The notes under the pieces are model-generated. The model saw nothing but the letters and a program-made list of their open reading frames with translations, did not search any database and was not told the origin of the DNA. Position numbers and translations under genes: made by a program. 64,000 bases of DNA from Oopsacas minuta (taxonomy: Eukaryota > Animalia > Porifera): the NCBI GenBank assembly GCA_024704765.1, contig JAKMXF010000221.1:620001-684000 (forward strand), given 5' to 3'. Shown in pieces: positions 57,256 through 64,000 of this stretch (position 1 is its first letter; every line of letters starts with the position of its first letter).

Positions 57256-58369
57256 GGTTTCGGCGCCTATATTTCTATTATATAATTAATACAGCAGTCA
57301 GGGGAATACTGTATCTTGAGTTCCTGAAAAAGATTAGACCAAACTATGTCAATATGAAACTAACACTTATAGTTCCAGTTATGAATCCAATGTGTAATAT
57401 TTCATAAAATAATATTTTCTCAAAAACTATAGAATTCTAATTACATTTAATTTGTTCAATAAATTTTTAATATTAAGAAATATTACATAACTATGAACCT
57501 AGCAACCTAGCAACCTAGCAACCATTAAAGAATTATTCCTTAGAATTCTAATTATTTAATTATTATTTAATGTAATTGGAATTTATCATAGAATCTGTAT
57601 TATTAAATTCCTTGAGTTATACGTGAATGATTGCATGACACTTGCCAATAGAATGTATGCGTTGTTAGGGGCTAATAAGACCCACACAAACAGACTACCC
57701 TTCCTTGGATACGGTGGATAGCGATAAATGTTCTTATAACCGACACCCACTGAATTGAATTCCTTCCTCCCTATTATGTATCCAAGGAACATACACGTAT
57801 TAATATACTCACCTCTCCAACGTATTCTTCTCTTGCCATAACATTGCTCAGTAGTATAGCACAGCACACGAATAGTGTCACATAACACGCGTAGATATTC
57901 CTATATACAAATATGATAAATATTCACTTAGCTGTGTCGACCTATCAGATTTGAGGGTTTACTTCCCCAGCATCTCCAGCTGGTATTCTATTAGTTAAAT
58001 TGAATACACAAGTAATGTAATTATAACACCTATCTGATGTATATGGAAAATATATTCTAAGAATAAACTTATTTGTTTTAGTTCAGTTCTATTTACTATC
58101 AAATATGGTTAATAACATTCCTATCTATCATAGTTGTTGACAGGATTCTATTCATAAATTCTAAAAGATAGAATTCTTATAAAAGAAGGAAATTCATTGA
58201 TTTATTAATTCCGAATACAACCATTTAGAAAAAGGAACTATATTCTATCATAGTTCCCTTTAGGCGCTGATATTTGGTAATTTATGTAACTATACGCTTT
58301 ACTTAACGAAATATCACAATTATAATTATCTATAAGACTTCCGGTATATTAATTACTGCCACTTGGTTG

Positions 58370-58442
58370 GACACTTTGTGACACTATTTTGACACTATTT
58401 TGACACTATTGTGACACTATTTTGACACTATTTTGACACTAT
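58370..58442. repeat. 11-bp tandem repeat TGACACTATT(T/G), about 6.5 copies
   Basis: Read directly from the sequence. Confidence 0.9.
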
Positions 58443-59218
58443 AGGCAAAAGCTTGTAAACAATAAGATTTGAAAACTTTCAAATTTAGAATTACACAAAT
58501 TCCATGAATATTTTTAATGTATTATTAATTGTGATTTTAGTAACACCTTATATACTCATATATTTATCATAATAAAGTGTCACAGATATATTAACACCTG
58601 TTAATTAAATTAGAACATAACTCACATCTGTAGTATTATCACAAATCTGCTCAATAAATATTAATCAGTGGTTTATATTCGAATACGTGATAGAATAGCT
58701 TTTATACAAATCTCAGCTGTAACAGGGCTTCAAATGTATTATCTACATATTATCAGCTGGTGAGTAGATAGCTGACTTAATTATTCAAATTAATATCAAT
58801 TGTTCATGGAACTAACTTAATATTTACAGGTGTGAGGCAACAGAACTAAGGATTTTGTCGTTAATATTAATACTTTATTTCAAGATAACTATTTTCATAC
58901 TAACGATATGGAATGTTAGTCATAATCTAATTAACTCTATTAATTAGATTTATATTGAGTTGAATAGTATGAAATTCTTCACATTCCTATCCTATTTAAC
59001 CGTATCTAAGAAACGAATACTATCTTTCATATTACAAACTCTTAATGCGATCGACAAAATTGAAAGTATTTGGTGGCTCTAGCTTTGTCAAGTAGTGTAA
59101 TACTAACTGTCCCGAGCCCTCTGTTATCCATGGTTCTTATTATGTAATTAATAACTGAAGCAACAAGTGTTATTTGATATTAATAATATTCTCATTATTA
59201 TAGGCTGCTTATTGTGAA

Positions 59219-60976
59219 ATGAATTTATATTTTTTATGCATTCTTTGTGTGTCTTCCCTAGCAACCACGGCATGTGTGTTTAATATTATATCGGAGTCTG
59301 AGACTTACTGTGACTTCGATAAGAATTTGAATATAGAATTTTGCGATGAAGTTAATGCCATTTTTGTGCCACAAGGACACTATTATAGTGTCACAGATTG
59401 TGTCGCTTACGTGACACCTTATGATACTTTAGTTTCACACCTCTGTCCGTTTGTGATAGCCTCTATGAGTGAGCTTGATAACAATTGTCACGTATTCTAT
59501 TCCAGTAACGGGACCGTATCTATTATAAACCTCAAAATGCAGCAGCCACCTACTCTATTTGGCGTCACAATTGGTACTGTGACGTCACCATTCAATGACG
59601 ATGTGTTCTTTTTATATTGTCCCCTATATGGACAACCTGCCCTCTCCTATAATTGGAGTATACCGATCGCTGGGGCTGTCTGGCACTTAAATATTACAAC
59701 TCTAGCGGACTACAAAGATAGCAACGAATTTTCAAGTGGTTTTTTGTCCTCTGTTTATATGTATGCAAACTGCCCGTCTGCAGTACAAATACTCTATGAC
59801 GTCAAAATTGGATTTGAAGGTGCATTCCATTGCACTGGAACTAATGAGTTTGGTTCCAAAACCGTTCTTGTAACTATTTTAACAGACTCTAATGTGTGTG
59901 TTACCCAACAGAATCCAATCTTCAGTAACAGTAGCAACCGAATATTCCAGTTGGAATCTAATCGTAAAGTTCTAGCTGAAGAAATAGGCGGGAATATAAC
60001 TGTAGATTGTAAATTCACACCTTTTTCTAAGGATATTATCTTGTTTTGGGTTAGAACAGGGAATTTATCTAAAATATCTAATATTTGTACAAGTACACCT
60101 GATCCTTATATCCTGACTTCTGATGATAAATACACGATTACTGATGAGTTAGTTTCTGAGAACTCTAACTTCCCCGGGACTCCCAATTGTACCAAATCTC
60201 TTTCTATAACAATTCATGAATTCCATCTGTCAGATGAGGGGGCGTATTCGTGTGTCGCGGTTCTGTGTACCACTGGTTTCCCGCCTAAAGTGTCCAGCAG
60301 GGATATAGAAATAACAGGAGACAGAGAGACCCGGACTCTCTTAATCTGGTTATTCTCTCTGATCTCTCTCCCTGTCCTCTTGATAATAATCTCCTTGGTA
60401 ACAGCTGGTATTCTCATGTATTTGAATAAAGTTAGACTCATCCGATGGTACATAGCTTGGAAGATAGAGGATCCAATTGGTCAGTTTGAATACGACGCGT
60501 TTATTTGTACTCCAGAGGAGTACGATCATCAATTAGTAACAGAGGTTACGGAAGTCTTTGAAGATTTACAGAATATACGTATTCTGTGGAGTGAGCATGA
60601 TCAGTGCATTTTAGCTGGACGCAGTCATGTAGAGAATGCTGTAGAGATAATGGAGAAGTGTAAAAAGTTCATTTTTATTGTTGACACAAAGTTTGTTGAT
60701 TGTTTCTTCTGTAAACAACTTGTCGAGCTTGTTGTTGAGAAGAGTAGTGTTAAGAATTGGAACATAATACTCCCTGTTAAATGGTACCAGCATTCCATTG
60801 TACCAGATGAGTTGCTAGTCTACAGATATGTGGATAGAGAGGATAATCAAGATTATCTCAAAGAGATTTCTAGTTTTATGGAAGGAAGGAATGCGGCTAG
60901 AAGGAATGTGGCTCATGGCTATGAATTGTTAGATATACGTGTTGATGATAGGAGCAGACCTTTACTTAATGTTTGA
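59219..60976 (+). CDS. IL-1R-like Ig-Ig-TM-TIR receptor, intronless
   Basis: Signal peptide; Ig motifs (CPLYG..YNW..EGAFHC; VDCKF..LFW..DEGAYSC); TM; TIR box 1 YDAFI and later KCKKFIFIV. Confidence 0.88.
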   Translation: MNLYFLCILCVSSLATTACVFNIISESETYCDFDKNLNIEFCDEVNAIFVPQGHYYSVTDCVAYVTPYDTLVSHLCPFVIASMSELDNNCHVFYSSNGTVSIINLKMQQPPTLFGVTIGTVTSPFNDDVFFLYCPLYGQPALSYNWSIPIAGAVWHLNITTLADYKDSNEFSSGFLSSVYMYANCPSAVQILYDVKIGFEGAFHCTGTNEFGSKTVLVTILTDSNVCVTQQNPIFSNSSNRIFQLESNRKVLAEEIGGNITVDCKFTPFSKDIILFWVRTGNLSKISNICTSTPDPYILTSDDKYTITDELVSENSNFPGTPNCTKSLSITIHEFHLSDEGAYSCVAVLCTTGFPPKVSSRDIEITGDRETRTLLIWLFSLISLPVLLIIISLVTAGILMYLNKVRLIRWYIAWKIEDPIGQFEYDAFICTPEEYDHQLVTEVTEVFEDLQNIRILWSEHDQCILAGRSHVENAVEIMEKCKKFIFIVDTKFVDCFFCKQLVELVVEKSSVKNWNIILPVKWYQHSIVPDELLVYRYVDREDNQDYLKEISSFMEGRNAARRNVAHGYELLDIRVDDRSRPLLNV

Positions 60977-61277
60977 GTGTTTATTAGTAATTTATTTGTT
61001 ATTTACTTCTGTTTACAAACATTTAAATCTATTTTTTGAGGTTCTTAAACGCGGGTTATTTTTTGTCAATTAATCTCAGGATTAGGTGTGTATAATTGGA
61101 ATAATGAATGCTTGTAAATATTATTCTATAAATATCCATCAGCTGTTATTCATTACAGAATTCATACAAGCACTTCTCTTCTAAATATTCTTCCATTCGA
61201 ATTCCAATAATCCATAATTATCTCTAAGCTAATACGGCTTAGTTGCTATATAAACCAACTCACAGATACACGATTAA

Positions 61278-62039
61278 ATGATTGGTTGTAAATATAGTTT
61301 GTTGTTGTTATTGTTGATTCAATCAACACATCTGTGTACAGCTGATGAGGTGTCATATGATTATATCGTCCTGGCATTAACCTGGCCGCCTGGGTTCTGT
61401 ACAAGTATAGGGAATGAGTGTGACAGCTCTAAGGTGAGGAACATCTGGACCATACACGGCCTCTGGCCCACCCTTAAGCAGCAGACCTCTAATCCCGCCT
61501 TCTGTGACGGAGAGCCATTCAATTCTAATTATTTAAGCGCCAAACTACTCAATCAGCTGACTGCCTCGTGGCCTAATTATAAGCAGTCTAGTACTGATGA
61601 ATTATTTTGGAATTATGAATGGAGTAAACACGGTACCTGTGCGGTACAGGGAGATTATGACACCTTCCCGAGCCAATCAGCTTACTTCTCACGGACACTG
61701 GAACTATATAACACCTATAATTTCAGTTCCATATTGACGAATAATGATATTTATCCTGGATCTACTACTTTTCTATCTGAGCTTAAATCTACTTTTAGCA
61801 GATTCTTCGGATTATCAAATACTGTAACATTCCAATGCTCCACTCACAACAACCGTCACTATGTAACTAGCTGTCACTTCTGTCTTAGTTCCAATTTCTC
61901 AGTAATCAGCTGTCCTTCTGGTAAAACAGACAGCTGTCAATATTCATATCCTATCGTGTATTCTAGCAGAGCTGATATGGTGGACTGTTATTTGTTTTTG
62001 TTCATGTTTTTGTTATTATTTGTTATTGAAATGTTGTAA
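61278..62039 (+). CDS. RNASET2: ribonuclease T2 with a hydrophobic C-terminal tail
   Basis: Signal peptide; VLALTWPPGFC; CAS I WTIHGLWP; CAS II FWNYEWSKHGTC. Confidence 0.93.
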   Translation: MIGCKYSLLLLLLIQSTHLCTADEVSYDYIVLALTWPPGFCTSIGNECDSSKVRNIWTIHGLWPTLKQQTSNPAFCDGEPFNSNYLSAKLLNQLTASWPNYKQSSTDELFWNYEWSKHGTCAVQGDYDTFPSQSAYFSRTLELYNTYNFSSILTNNDIYPGSTTFLSELKSTFSRFFGLSNTVTFQCSTHNNRHYVTSCHFCLSSNFSVISCPSGKTDSCQYSYPIVYSSRADMVDCYLFLFMFLLLFVIEML

Positions 62040-64000
62040 TGCGTATTAATATATTGCTTTATTTGTATATTGATTGGAGAAAAGTTATTCAATTATCAGA
62101 ACAATAATTAGATTAATAACAAAAGAGTAACACCTCGTTAATAAGAACTCCAACGGACGGTCAAATGTGTTCTCTTTATCCAGAGTGATACCAACAAACT
62201 GTCCGCTGGTGTTAGTATTAATGATATTCTACTGTTATGTTTACTAGCTTTATGGGACTGAGCAAATGTTTGAGAGTTCTAAGATCAATTTCTGGTAGTA
62301 AAATATCAACTTTAGTCAACAACAAATCTGGTATGTAAATACAAATAACATATTAACCTATTGGAACTAATGATGCATATATTGTTATAGGTTCCAGTTG
62401 TCTTCTGTTTGAGAATAATCAGCTGCTGGAATTGAATCAATCTGAGTTCTCCAATAGAAAGAGAGAGTTGGGATATTTACCAGAATTAGACGCGTATGCT
62501 ATTATTGGAATTCTCAACACTTTTATTGGTTAGAAATTATATTAATTAGATTAGAATGTGTAAATATGTTATCTGGAGGTGTCAGGTGTACTCCTTGTAC
62601 CCCTGGGGACATGTTCTTAAGACAGATCTCCTCCCCCTATTAATATACACCCATATAATCCACACTAATATAATTACACTAACAAAGCATTGGATATGAT
62701 TTGCTACTCTTTCAAAAGCTTGTTAGAGACTATTCTCTAAGAATGTCGTAGAGAGTAAATCTATAGTACTCGTGGGTGCGAGTGAGTAGTCTTGCTTCCT
62801 CTCAATACGAGTTGTATATTATACCTAACTACCTGTTTGTCCTCTGGAATGCAGCTATAAGGGCGAGTATAATCCAAGTGTGACAACACCACCTGAATTA
62901 TATTTTAAATTCCTGTTTAGTTGCTGTGGAAACACAGTCATATTTCTCCTCTAGTACCCCATGCATGGAGCTACTCTACTGCATGTCACCTCTCCTTAAT
63001 TAATCATATTACCCTAAAGTATATCATATGAGATGCCTCATATATAGCTGAGCTATATTATAATACAGGTTTTGCAATACAAACCCCCTTACCCTCATTC
63101 GAAAAGCTGGTTTTCATTAACCCGAAAAATGACCTTTCTCGAAGATAGCAAATCTAATACACAAACCTGTACTATAGTTATTTGGTATCATATTGAGTAG
63201 CCATATGTCCTTATGATTAATTAACCTTACTACTGTAATTAGAAATTGAGTTCAACAATTCATTATTTTCCGTTATTAAGTCATGTTTGTAAACATCATT
63301 GTATTATGAAAATGTTAGTAAATAGTTTATACGCTTTATTGTATAGTCAGTTAATAATTATTACTACAAAGCATTGCGTAATTTTCAGTTATAATAATAG
63401 AATATGTTAACGACTACTGTATTAACTATAGGCGGATCTAGGGTGTGGGGGCAAGGGGAGCAGGTGTTCCTTGTACCCAAAAAATCATTTCTAAGATTGT
63501 ACACAATTCATATGTTTGATTTGCTATAATATATTATAAACAGGAAGTATTCTATTCTTAGAATTTTCTCCACTGCCTATAGGTGTAAATGTCCTATTCT
63601 GGCTTCCTGGGGGTCCTGACTCCCAAGGTCTGAGATCTTGGCATCCGCGACCGTGCCTCTGCCTATTTTACCCATCTAAACCCTAAAATTTGATTGGGCG
63701 AGAACTCTGTCACAACAGCCAAATTTTCTATTTGTGTGAATGTTTCACACCTCTAATATTCATTCAGAAGTTACATTCAAATCGCTAAATTGTCAATAAA
63801 CAAAGTATATTTATCGATGATAAGAGTACAATTACGGGGTCTATTGGGTTCATAGCTCTTAGCATTGCCTGTTCCTCTAAATTACAAAAATAAATTTCTT
63901 ATTGCTCAAAATGATTTTTCTATTTTCCAGCTTTAATACTTTATTACAATTACTGATGACGTCATTAATTCATTATTTCTATATTTATTTGCCAAATTAT

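Noticed and set aside
57726-57745. GTTCTTATAACCGACA match to the MITE-B end
   Set aside because: It lies in a probable coding exon and has no further similarity; likely chance.
63430-63660. GGCGGATCTAG... hAT-like repeat end
   Set aside because: The matching right end is too degenerate and no 8-bp target duplication was found.

Overview
AT-rich, gene-dense eukaryotic (animal) genomic DNA with short GT-AG introns and many intronless genes. The compactness and gene repertoire (Ig-TIR receptor, class I bHLH-PAS, PLXDC, Maf-like bZIPs) suggest an early-branching metazoan, possibly a glass sponge; this is inference, not verified. About 27 protein-coding genes or partial genes are recognisable: PH-RCC1-FYVE (PRAF-like), peroxisomal carnitine acyltransferase, MFS transporter, three Maf-like bZIPs, AKAP7-like 2H phosphoesterase, N4BP2-like plus a kinase-only duplicate, TMEM165, a divergent actin, bHLH-PAS, an IA-2-like pseudophosphatase with two glycosyltransferase-like ORFs nested in an intron, PLXDC, PAQR, three ADAP/centaurin-alpha paralogues, ABHD4-like, a PH adaptor, an IGFBP-domain protein, Ig-Ig-TM-TIR and RNase T2. 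Non-coding highlights are a complete type I hammerhead ribozyme (27245-27314) in a microsatellite-bracketed, probably Penelope-like remnant; an internally deleted Chapaev3-type transposon with TTA target duplications; two abutting TA-flanked MITEs; a ~55-bp element recurring in sense orientation in unrelated introns; and an array of perfect 5' splice-donor motifs. No tRNA, rRNA or CRISPR was recognised. Exon boundaries and alignments were read by eye, and no database searches were run.
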